From Octopus sinensis (lineage: Eukaryota), in the NCBI RefSeq assembly GCF_006345805.1, contig NC_042998.1, forward strand, positions 41,850,001 through 41,914,000: 64,000 bases of DNA, read 5' to 3'. Below, in pieces: positions 1-9,662 of the stretch. The notes under the pieces were generated by a model. The model did no database searches. It was not told where the DNA came from and saw nothing but the letters and a program-made list of their open reading frames with translations. The position numbers and the translations under genes were made by a program. Each line of letters opens with the position of its first letter. Within the stretch, counting starts at the first letter, position 1.

Positions 1-78
1 CAGTCAGATCTGGCAGTGTTTCTACAGCTGGATGCCCTTCCTAACGCCAACCACTCCGAGAGTGTAGTGGGTGATTTT

Positions 79-480
79 ATGTGCCACCGACACAGGTGCC
101 AGACGAGGCTGGCGAACGGCCACGCTCGGATGGTGTTTTTATGTGCCACCGACACAGGTGCCAGATGAAGCTGGTGAACGGCCACGCTCAGATGGTGTTT
201 TTATGTGCCACCGACACAGGTGCCAGACAAGGCTGGCAGACGACCACGCTCGGATGGTGTTTTTATGTGCCACCGACACAGGTGCCAGATGAGGCTGGCA
301 GACGGCCACGCTCGGATGGTGTTTTTATGTGCCACCGACACAGGAGCCAGATTAGGCTGGTGATCGGCCACGATTGGATGGTGATTGTTACGTGCCCACA
401 GCATGGAGGCCAGTCGGTGCGGTACTGGCTACGGCCACGTTCGGATGGTTTTCTTGTGTGCCACCGGCACTGGTACCACA
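79..480 (-). repeat. 62-bp tandem array in the RTE 3'UTR
   Basis: Unit starts (atgtgccacc) at 79, 141, 203, 265 and 327; diverged units near 390 and 456. Confidence 0.92.
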
Positions 481-626
481 AAGATACAAATTCCATTGAT
501 GTTCATCTATTTTGATTTTGTTTGATTTTCACTTGCCTCAACAGGTATTCACAAGTGTCACAAGAAGGAAGGTATGCACAGGTGGACTGACTACGTCCCA
601 GGTAGGGGCCACGGGTTATGGCCTGA

Positions 627-2840
627 CTAGTCTTGCCGGGTCTTCTCAGGCACAGCATACTTCCATAGGTCTCGGTCTCTAGTCATTTCCTTGGTGAGAC
701 CTAAAGTTCGTAGGTCGTGCTTCACCACTTCGTCCCAGGTTTTCCTGGGTCTACCTTTTCCACAGGTTCCCTCAACTGCTAGGGTGTAGCACTTTTGCAC
801 ACAACTATCTTCAGCCATTCTCGTCATATGACCATACCAGCGCAGCCGTCTCTCTTGCACACCACAACTGACGCTTCTGAGGTTCAACTTTTCTCTCAAG
901 GTACTTACACTCTGACGATTATGAACACTGACATTACACATCCATCGGAGCATACTGGCTTCATTTCTTGTGAGCTTACGCATATCCTCAGCAGTCACGG
1001 CCCATGTTTCACTACCATGTAGCATGGCTGTACGTACACATGCATCATAAAGTCTGCCTTTTACTCTGAGCGAGAGGCCTTTTGTCACCAGCAGGGGTAA
1101 GAGCTCTCTAAACTTTGCCCAGGCTATTCTTACTCTAGCAGTTACACTTTCAGCACACCCACCCCCGCTACTGACTTGGTCTCCTAGGTAGCGGAAGCTA
1201 TCAACTACTTCTAGTTTGTCTCCCTGGAACGTGGTAGCAGTTGGTCTCTGCATATTTCCAGTGTTTATTTCTCCTGAGCATCTGCCACATACGAAAACTA
1301 TCTTCCCAGTTAGCCTACCTTTGACATTGCTGCACCTCTTATGTGTCCATAGCTTACACTTGGTGCACCTTATAGAGTTTCTACCTACACCTTTTTTACA
1401 GATCGAGCAGGGCCATCTACCTGAAGTCGTTTGTGGTTGGTCCACCTTCCTACTTATTAGGACTTTGGTTTTGGCTAGGTTGATTCTAAGGCCCTTCGAT
1501 TCTAATCCTTGTTTCCACACCTGAAACTTCTCCTCCAGTTCTGATAGTGACTCAGCAATTAGAGCAAGGTCATCAGCATAGAGGAGCTCCCAGGGGCATC
1601 CTGTCTTAAATTCTTCCGTTATTGCCTGGAGGACTATGATAAATAGGAGGGGGCTGAGGACTGAACCTTGGTGGACCCCAACCTCTACCCGGAATTCTTC
1701 ACTGTACTCGTTGCCAACCCTCACCTTACTAGCAGCGTCTCTGTACATGGCTCGCACAGCTCTCACTAACCATTCATCTATCCCTAGTTTCCTCATTGAC
1801 CACCAGATAAGGGATCGGGGGACCCTGTCAAAGGCTTTCTCCAAGTCAACAAAAGCCAGGTACAAGGGCTTACCTTTGGCTAGGTATTTCTCCTGCAGCT
1901 GTCTTACCAGGAATATAGCATCAGTGGTACTTTTCCCTGGCACGAACCCAAACTGCATATCATCTAAGCTAACTCTCTCTCTAATTAACTGGGCTATAAC
2001 CCTCTCCGTAACCTTCATTACCTGATCCAACAGCTTGATGCCCCTGTAGTTATTTGTATCTAGGGCGTCACCTTTACCTTTGTAGCAGTTGACTATTATG
2101 CTGCTACACCAGTCATTGGGTATGACTCCTTCGTGTATCACCTGGTTAACTATACGGGTGACTATGCTATAGCCGACACTACCAGATATTTTGAGCATCT
2201 CTGCAGTAATTTCTGATGGGCCTGGGGCTTTCCCTGTCTTCATGCTTCTAATTGCCTTAGCTACCACGGAACTATCAACTCGGATAGCTGGTCCCTCTGT
2301 TGGGTCAACATTCGGCAGACTCTCTTTATCCCATTCATTTTCCTCATTCAGCAACCTTTCATAGTGGCGTCTCCAAGCTTCTCTCTTTGCATCCTCATTT
2401 AGCGCATCCTCATTTAGTGAACCATCCTCCATGCGAACACATTTCTCTCCTACCACATCACGATTCTCTCTCACACACTGTCTTGCAACACGAAATACCT
2501 CAAGTCTTTCATCCTCACGGCGCAGGACATTGGCAAATTTTCTCTTATCTGCTTCCCCTCTGGCTAGATAGACCTGTCTCCTAGCTTCCCTTCTGGCAGT
2601 CTGATACACTTCCCTGCTACCACCGTTCTTCCAGGCCTTCCAAGCCTGTTTCCTTTGTCTAATAGCCCTGTCAACAATATTGTTCCACCAACACGTTATT
2701 TTGGGTCTTAAGGGGACTTTGCACCAGCCACAGATCTGGTCAGCGGCTTTCAGCAGGTTGTCCTTCAGAAACGTCCAGTTGTCTTCTACCCCATGTGTAG
2801 CTATACCCCCTTCCACTTCGTCAAAGGCTTCAAGTAACAT
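627..2840 (-). CDS. RTE ORF2 reverse-transcriptase portion (737 aa) with internal C4HC3 finger
   Basis: Uninterrupted ORF with RT motifs and an RTE-type C-terminus (LRWYGHMTRM, GRPRKTW). Confidence 0.92.
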   Translation of the reverse strand: MLLEAFDEVEGGIATHGVEDNWTFLKDNLLKAADQICGWCKVPLRPKITCWWNNIVDRAIRQRKQAWKAWKNGGSREVYQTARREARRQVYLARGEADKRKFANVLRREDERLEVFRVARQCVRENRDVVGEKCVRMEDGSLNEDALNEDAKREAWRRHYERLLNEENEWDKESLPNVDPTEGPAIRVDSSVVAKAIRSMKTGKAPGPSEITAEMLKISGSVGYSIVTRIVNQVIHEGVIPNDWCSSIIVNCYKGKGDALDTNNYRGIKLLDQVMKVTERVIAQLIRERVSLDDMQFGFVPGKSTTDAIFLVRQLQEKYLAKGKPLYLAFVDLEKAFDRVPRSLIWWSMRKLGIDEWLVRAVRAMYRDAASKVRVGNEYSEEFRVEVGVHQGSVLSPLLFIIVLQAITEEFKTGCPWELLYADDLALIAESLSELEEKFQVWKQGLESKGLRINLAKTKVLISRKVDQPQTTSGRWPCSICKKGVGRNSIRCTKCKLWTHKRCSNVKGRLTGKIVFVCGRCSGEINTGNMQRPTATTFQGDKLEVVDSFRYLGDQVSSGGGCAESVTARVRIAWAKFRELLPLLVTKGLSLRVKGRLYDACVRTAMLHGSETWAVTAEDMRKLTRNEASMLRWMCNVSVHNRQSVSTLREKLNLRSVSCGVQERRLRWYGHMTRMAEDSCVQKCYTLAVEGTCGKGRPRKTWDEVVKHDLRTLGLTKEMTRDRDLWKYAVPEKTRQD

Positions 2841-2844
2841 ATCT

Positions 2845-3532
2845 CTAAATCTCTAAATTCGCAGGGTCTTTAAGCTTCCAGACCCTTCTTCTCCATGTTG
2901 GTCGTCTTCTAGTCACCCTCTTAGTCCTGATCCTAAAGTCACTAACTACCAGTCTATGTTGTGGGGTGCATTCTTCGCCTGGGAAGGTTTTGGCATTTAT
3001 AAGCAGCCATCTTTCCCTTTTTCTGGCAAGGATGTAGTCGATTTGGCTAGTATGCCGGCCCGATCGGTAGGTGACCAGGTGGCTTGTTGGTTTCCTGAAG
3101 TTAGTGTTGCAGACCATAAGACTATTCGCATCGCAGAACTCCAGCAGCCTGGTTCCCTCCTCGTTGCAGGAACCATAACCGTAGCCTCCATGTACGCCAT
3201 GGAAGCCCCCAGCATGTCGTCCAACATGCCCATTGAAATCACCAGCCACAAAGAGAAGGTCCCTGTCGTTCGTCAATGAGGTGGTCTGCAGTAGGGTGTC
3301 ATAGAAACTGTCTTTCTGTCCATCGGGTAGCCCTGGCTGAGGGGCATAGGCCGATATAATGGTTGCTAATCTATTATGAAGCACTATTCTAATCTTAAGT
3401 ATTCTGTCACTTACTCTGATTACCTCAATTACTCTATCTATCCATTTCTCAGCGATAAGTATACCCACGCCACCAACCCCGTCAGTGTTCCCTGCCCAGA
3501 AAATCTTGTACCTGTGTTCCTTGCCTGTGAGT
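2845..3532 (-). pseudogene. RTE ORF2 APE endonuclease portion, out of frame with the RT portion
   Basis: ISAYAPQ, GDFNGHVG, VCNTNF, QIDYILAR. Frame ends in TAG at 2845-2847. Confidence 0.9.
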
Positions 3533-3766
3533 GTTGAAAATATTTCTGCAAGATTTCCTAAGTTATGGTATTCATTGATATGAGTTTTAAGTTCTCCTTC
3601 TGGATTTCTTTAAAATGAAGCAAAAGGAGTTCTATTCAAGTATATTTAATATTCTTTCATATAAAATTTATTTGTGTTTTCAGCTCTCTCATATGCACAA
3701 CACAGTCAACTTGTCTAGATTGTGCTTTGACTAAAAACTTCTAATCTCATCCAGATTTTACCAAGA

Positions 3767-4165
3767 ATGCTGCTGCTCATAATCTTATGATGTCAATGAT
3801 TATTATGTATAGGCAGTGCTAATGAAATCTGTTGGAAATGCTGATCTCTGTCCTGGGCATTGTTCAATTTGTCAACTTGTATGACAATTTTCAGAGTAAA
3901 ACTTTTTTTTAGACCTCATGTTGTCTACAAGGTAGTTGGCATTTCATATCATGTGAAGGTAAATTAGTAATTCACTTCAACTATGTACTAAGAATTCATT
4001 GTGAAGAGTGGAATTGGGGTTTATGATACACCCAAATAAGTGAAATGATGGCTCATTTGTAGAAACTTGACATCAGGAGATATAGTTAATAGATTTCTCC
4101 TGGATGCTGACAGAAATAATGATGACCATGTTTTCATTGAAGTATTTGATGACTTCATTTATCTT
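3767..4165 (+). pseudogene. Possible decayed EF-hand protein coding sequence
   Basis: Frame 4052-4165 reads DIVNRFLLDADRNNDDHVFIEVFDDFI (EF-hand-like). In-frame stops lie upstream, and a stop-riddled hydrophobic leader starts at 3767. Confidence 0.4.
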
Positions 4166-4384
4166 CCTTTTACTAAATTACACACAGAAAGAATCACTGT
4201 AGACAGAAGTTTTACACAAATGCAGTTGGTATGCATAAACACTTTTGAAAAGGAATACACCATGGGATAAATAAGAATTGCAAAATATTGACTGCTATTT
4301 AGTACAAGATTGTAGTGAGAGTAAGTGGGAGGAATGGGAGTATTATTTTCTGCTCTGCAGTTCATTATATATATGTATAAAGGA

Positions 4385-4610
4385 TCAAAGGTCCTTATAA
4401 AGCCAATTTCCCAGATTCTGTGGTACATATATTCCCTTCTGGATGGGATGCTGGTTCATCACAGGGTTATTAATTTTTGCTGAGTGGACTGGAGCAATGT
4501 GAAATGCAGTGTTTTGCTTAAGAATACAATGCATTGCCTGGTCCAGGAATCAAAACTACAATCTTACAACCATGAGTGCAACCCCTTGACTACTAAACCA
4601 CTCACCTCCA
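4385..4610 (-). mobile_element. tRNA-derived SINE, family M (same family as 16632-16867)
   Basis: Reverse complement shows a decayed tRNA-like head, ttgctccagtccactcagc and aaccctgtgatgaaccagcatcccatccag, matching the 16.6-kb copy. Confidence 0.75.
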
Positions 4611-4654
4611 CACAATATGTGTGTGTGTGTGTGTGTATAAAATATATATGTATA

Positions 4655-4846
4655 TCTTGGTAGTCCATCAGTCTCTGATGAAGACGTAGTCTGTGGTCTC
4701 AGCAGCCAGCAGTGGGAACGCATGTGGCTCTGCAGCCCAAAGCCAGAAGCATACAGACATCCACAGGTTGGACACTGGTAGTCTGTGATCAGGACTGAGG
4801 ATGATGCAGCCCAGTGATGTCTGTCTCTTGCAGCTGTGAGGCATTG
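4655..4846 (-). mobile_element. 3' end of a second RTE family with a C-terminal C2H2 finger
   Basis: Minus frame YQCPTCGCLYASGFGLQSHMRSH followed by a short tail; flanked by TA/TG microsatellites. Confidence 0.65.
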
Positions 4847-5119
4847 TATATATATATATATGTGTGTGTGTTTAACTCTGCTTCACATATTGAGTACTTT
4901 TTATCATATTTGTATGCTGAAGTGTGTGTATGTGTGTATGTATGTATTTAAAAAAAATGTTACATTAATTTTTGAATGAAATTGTTTTTGCAATAAATAA
5001 AATAGTGTATATTACATACTTTCTTGGTTGATACGAACAATTTTCTAATTTAGGCCTGCTATTTGAAATAATATAATCATTTTAAATCAGATTATTAAGG
5101 TAAGGGTTAACAGTGTAAT

Positions 5120-5420
5120 AACAAGACCCCAATAACTAAATAGCATTAGCATTCTCAACCTGCAGACCATGTAATAGGCCTTTTGGGATTACCTCTTGCA
5201 AAGGTAGAATACAGGACATCTGATCAATGTGGGGTAGGTTGGGGTCCAGCTTGTAAAACAGATGTTCCAGAGAGAAATGCGAACTAAGATAAGCTTAAAG
5301 TAAAATATGTTTAAGGTGGTAAAGATTTGAGACTGTTACTTTTGATATATTGTGAAAGATAGGTCTGTTGTAGGACTTATTGATGATTATATTAAATTAT
5401 TGATATCTTTGAAAAGCTTA
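5120..5420 (-). mobile_element. Highly decayed LINE RT remnant
   Basis: Fragments SYNRPI and SQKAYYMV resemble the RT motifs NYRPIS and DxxKAYDxV. Confidence 0.35.
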
Positions 5421-5801
5421 TGAGAATAACTTTAATGTAATCCTTGACAAAGCAGAATAATTATTTAACTTATTAAATACAGAAATTGTAAGGAATTATC
5501 AAAAGCAACATAATATCTTTATTTACCTGGAACAAACTTGTAATATGTGTGAAACATGTAATATATGTGAAAGAATAAAATAATAGTGAAAGAAGTATAA
5601 TTTCTATTGTTGTTTTAAGAACAGCAATACAGTCTTTATTGATTTTTTTCTCTTGGTCATATTGATTATGATCTATCCTTTGAGACTAACTGGATCTTTC
5701 TTTCTATAAATATTGATATCTGTTTATTTGATAGATACAGTTCTATATTCTCATGTAACTTAAAATACTTTTCTATTTCTTTTCTTTCTATGCTTATTTA
5801 G

Positions 5802-5813
5802 AACCAGTCAAAG
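5802..5813 (+). CDS. Candidate 12-nt microexon of an unidentified host gene
   Basis: Long pyrimidine tract ending TTTAG; exon AACCAGTCAAAG; donor GTATGA. Confidence 0.5.
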
Positions 5814-5908
5814 GTATGAAATTCTATCAACATGTATTAGTCACACTACACACCATTTCAGTGGTACGCCTTTCAGCCTAAACATTTGTCCTTTGTCTGT
5901 TTCTGTAG

Positions 5909-5947
5909 ATGCATGTCTACCAAGAAAATATTCACATCTAATTATTG
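5909..5947 (+). CDS. Candidate 39-nt exon of an unidentified host gene
   Basis: CTAAAC branch-like motif, pyrimidine tract, TGTAG acceptor, G|GTAAAT donor. Lies 95 nt after the 12-nt candidate. Confidence 0.5.
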
Positions 5948-7092
5948 GTAAATGGATGAGGGTGAAAAAATTTTTTAAATGTTATTTATAAGAAGCAATA
6001 AATTCCACATCGTATAGTTGTGTGCATTATGCTTACCCAACTAAAAACAAAAAGAAAAGGTACTTAGTACAAAGAAATATCAATAGTTTCTGGTTCACTC
6101 AGTTATTTTACTGTTACCCTTAGTTTTCATTTGTCTTTGCAAAACTCTTTTATATCTCAGTTTCCTGCTTCAGCCATATCACCTGCTGCAGAATTAGTCA
6201 TTTTAGCAAGAATTTTGATTTACACTTTAAAAAAAAAATGGAAGCATGGCTCAAAGTTTGGAAATTATTTTTCCATTTTGCACTTTTCATTCACCAAAAC
6301 ACTCACAGTTACACTGATTTGTGCAGCTGTGTGCGTTTCATTTTTAATATCTGTGTTTTAAAATCTATTTTATCATGGAATTGGTTCTGTGCAGAAAATT
6401 CTAAGGATGACCTGGTTATGACTGAATTTAGTATAAAAATTGAGTAAAAGGAAAAGGAAAAATTGAAAATGTAAAAAAAAAAAAAATGCAAACAATCATA
6501 GAGCAACCAAACTTCATAGAAAGACACTATTTAAATTATATATCAGAAAGATTGTCTGTATTGGCAAATCTAAGCATAGTTTTGCCCCTAAAATGGCACA
6601 AAATGTTGAATGGTTTATTGTAACCAATATTTGTAAGCCTGTAACTTGTATGAAGCATAAAGTGTCTTGTTCATTTTATTGTTTTCAATTTTCCTTTCCA
6701 TTTTCCATTTATAAATGAAAAATTTTGTACAGCGATTAATTGATGATGATGATGATGATGATGACAATGATGATGATGATGATAATATTTCAAAAATATA
6801 ACTATATTGCTTCTCCTTAGAAAACTCCTTTCTATTCTTGAAATTATGTTTCTGTCAAATATATTCTCACTGCAATTTGCTTAATTTTGATGTAAAGAAT
6901 TATATTGTTTTAATTATAGTTCTATTTATTTGTTTTAAGAGGGGAGGGCCAAAAGAATATTTATAAATTCTTATATATACATGATACCTTTGAAGTCTAT
7001 TTTAATTGGTTTAGTGTGATTTTTTTTAATGGAATTTCAAGTTGAACCTTAATCTTTGTCTTTTGTTTTTGTTTTTGATTTGTTGTTCACAG

Positions 7093-7213
7093 TTACTGTG
7101 AAATATTTTATGAAGCTCCTAATAATCTCTTAACTGAATTGAAAATTACTCATTTAGTATTGTTAGAACAACCTGAGAGACACTACAGTTATCTATTTTC
7201 AAGTGTATTATGA
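7093..7213 (+). CDS. Candidate (terminal?) coding exon
   Basis: T-rich tract plus CACAG acceptor. Only phase 2 stays open (YCEIFYEAPNNLLTELKITHLVLLEQPERHYSYLFSSVL*), and that phase fits the two upstream candidates. Confidence 0.35.
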
Positions 7214-7465
7214 AATAACTATTAGTATACATTTTGATAAGCATTTTGTAAAATACACTAATCTAGTTGATTTAAAAAAAAAAAAAAGGGCAAGGCATGT
7301 CTTTGGATTAAAATAATCTAAAATAAAATACACTGGTGTAAAAGCATTAAAAATGACAAGTGAATTTTGTTGAAAATGCATAAGATACAGGAAATTACTG
7401 TGGACTTCAGTCCCAGCAAATTCTATAATTTTGATACTCTGTATCTGCTTATTTGCTTTGTTTAA

Positions 7466-7661
7466 CCCTTTAATATTCAGATTACTCAGTGAAATGTAAT
7501 GTAGTATTTTGAATTAATCATGCATTAGCTTTAAGATTTTAATGTTGTGGTTGTTCATTTTTGGAATGGGTAGGTGAGAGAAACTGAATCTGGTTGGTTT
7601 GAACATAAGACAGAGTATATTTGGGCCATTTTATGGCCAATTTAAAAGCTAAGCTAAAGGG
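7466..7661. mobile_element. TTAA-flanked MITE family 1 (piggyBac-like ends)
   Basis: ttaa|ccctttaatatt ... gctaaaggg|ttag; internal similarity to 35701-35920 and 61860-62070. Confidence 0.7.
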
Positions 7662-8639
7662 TTAGATAAAACCTTATATTTGTTGTTGAACCTTAGGTTA
7701 ACTATCAATAAATTTAGTTTAATTATCGAACTTATATATATATATAGCAAAAGTAAACTACAGAAAAAATAAAAAAGTTTCATTGAAATAGTCTGATTTA
7801 AGTGGTTGAATGATATTACTCTTCACACTATATAATATAGAAGAGATTTTGAAATCTAATCTAGTCAGATTCACAACAGTCAAGTACAGCACAAGCAGTT
7901 TCTATTTGTGCTTTAAAAAATTGTTTTGGTATAAAAAACAAAACAAAACAAAAAACATATATTAAGTGTTTTGATTTCAACATTGAATAGTGGTAATCAT
8001 TCTGAACCATTCATGAAGAGATGTGGGTTTCAGTCTCATTGCATGCTCACATTTTTAACTTCTTTCATGTACGCTTAATGGTAACTTGGTTTTATTTAAC
8101 GGCAGACATGTATTTTAAATTTTTTCTAAACAAAACTGTAAGAAGGGTTTATTGAAAAAAATACTAATCTTGCTCATTCATCTCCACAACAATATAAACA
8201 GCTGCTGATAAGTGTTCTCATGGAATAATCTTGCATGAAGCAGAGAAGAATTAGTCATTTTCTTCAATACTGACAGCAAGTTGGTGCAGGGGGATTTTTT
8301 TTCCAAGGTTCAAATAAATAAATGATTTTGGTGTTCACTGTTTAGTCTTCTTCTCATACTAATTGCTAGTAAAGTGACTGTTAGTTACTGCATAAGATTC
8401 AGAAAAAAATTCACTAAATGCCAAGTTTAGCTAGTATATTAACATCATTTTCAGATGTAAATATAAAGAAAGTTGAATTCTTGGAACTTTCATACAAAAG
8501 AGCAATGATATATTCCCAAGATTTAGTCATATTTTACTAACCATAACCATACTCAAATAAGATATTATTTCTTATGGTATTATCACTACAGAAATATATT
8601 AAGCCTTGTAAATTCATAAATAAATGGCACTTTTAATTA

Positions 8640-8800
8640 ATGAGGCAAATTGTCATTGGATAGAATGCTTTGTCGTATTTGTTTCAGTCCTCTACATTCT
8701 GAGTTCAGAACTCACCAAGGTCAGTTTTGTCTACCAAGGTCATCCTTTTGGGGTTAATAAAGTACTAATTCATCTTAATGGATTAGTGTAATGATTAACG
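8640..8800 (+). mobile_element. Decayed SINE family B
   Basis: ttctgagttca ... catccttttggggttaataaagtact resembles the intact copy at 42150. Confidence 0.6.
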
Positions 8801-9662
8801 TGTTGGATAAGAGGCCTTGCAGTATCTGTTCCAGCTCTCTGCTTCTGTGTTTAAAACTTCAACTTCTAATGCCACAATGAAGCTACCAGTGATTAATTTA
8901 GTGATCTAAGGCAGTGTGATATCCATAGGTCAGTGTTTTATTCATATGCTATAAGTTTGATATGTTTTAAGTTTATTGTGGATATTTTGGGGCCATACTT
9001 TACTGTAGGTTTTTCACAAACCTGGAGTTAGAACAATTTTTTTTGGTTAAAGTTCTCTAGGTCATTGATTGTATCTCTTCAGAACTTTTCTGTGGTTGTT
9101 GAGGAAAGATACAACATGGGGATAGACTTTCTTTCCTTTTTTTTTTTACTGTTATTGATTTTAGCATTGGACTCTTGCCATGCTGGGATCACACTTTCTA
9201 GAGCAGTCATGAATGAACTGCATCCTACAGGCCACATGTGGCCTGCTTGATTTGTTGAATGGCACAGCTAATGAAAAATTACCTTCAATTTATTATTTTT
9301 TTGAAGTGCAACTAGCCTGATGATGAGTCACGTCTTATACAGCCAACTTTTTAAAAAAGGCTGCCCATGCCTGTTCAATTATAAATGATCCTTGTACAAC
9401 TGGTATTTTATCTATTTCAGAAAGATCAAAGGCATGTTCAAATCCCATGTGGCAATGAAGTTTGCTTTAACCTCAGGCTGACCAGTGCCTTGTGAATGAA
9501 TTTAGTAGACAGAAACTTTGTGGGAGTCCATTGTATGTACGCACACACACACACACACACAAGTATACATGCACACACACACACACACACACACATGCAC
9601 ACATGCATTCAATGTATAACAAATCTGGAAAAGAAGCACACTCTAAAGTATAGAGCAGTAAA

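Larger units (their letters stand above)
1..3532 (-). mobile_element. RTE-clade non-LTR retrotransposon, 5'-truncated inside the endonuclease domain; the 3' tail runs off the left edge of the window
   Basis: APE endonuclease motifs (GDFNGH, QIDYIL), then RT motifs (YRGIKLL, FVDLEKAFD, GVHQGSVLSP, YADD), then a 3'UTR. Coding similarity stops abruptly at LTGKEHRYKIFWAG (~3532). Confidence 0.95.

Noticed and set aside
79-480. 62-bp repeats as a CRISPR array or a coding repeat protein (ORFs 71-515)
   Set aside because: Units are contiguous with no unique spacers, there are no cas genes, the context is eukaryotic, and the ORFs are by-products of the tandem unit.
795-3279. Plus-strand ORFs overlapping the RTE
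   Set aside because: Antisense shadows of the RT and endonuclease frame with no motifs.
3767-3850. Leader with three in-frame TGA codons as a selenoprotein, or ATGATG...CTGA as a box C/D snoRNA
   Set aside because: No SECIS or terminal stem is evident; decay of a coding sequence explains it more simply.
4672-4700. CTGATGA-AGAC-GTA-GTCT as a hammerhead
   Set aside because: Not followed by GAAA; it is the antisense of an RTE tail.
5165-5202. Plus-strand exon candidate (CTGCAG ... AAG|GTAGAA)
   Set aside because: Overlaps a decayed LINE RT motif on the minus strand.
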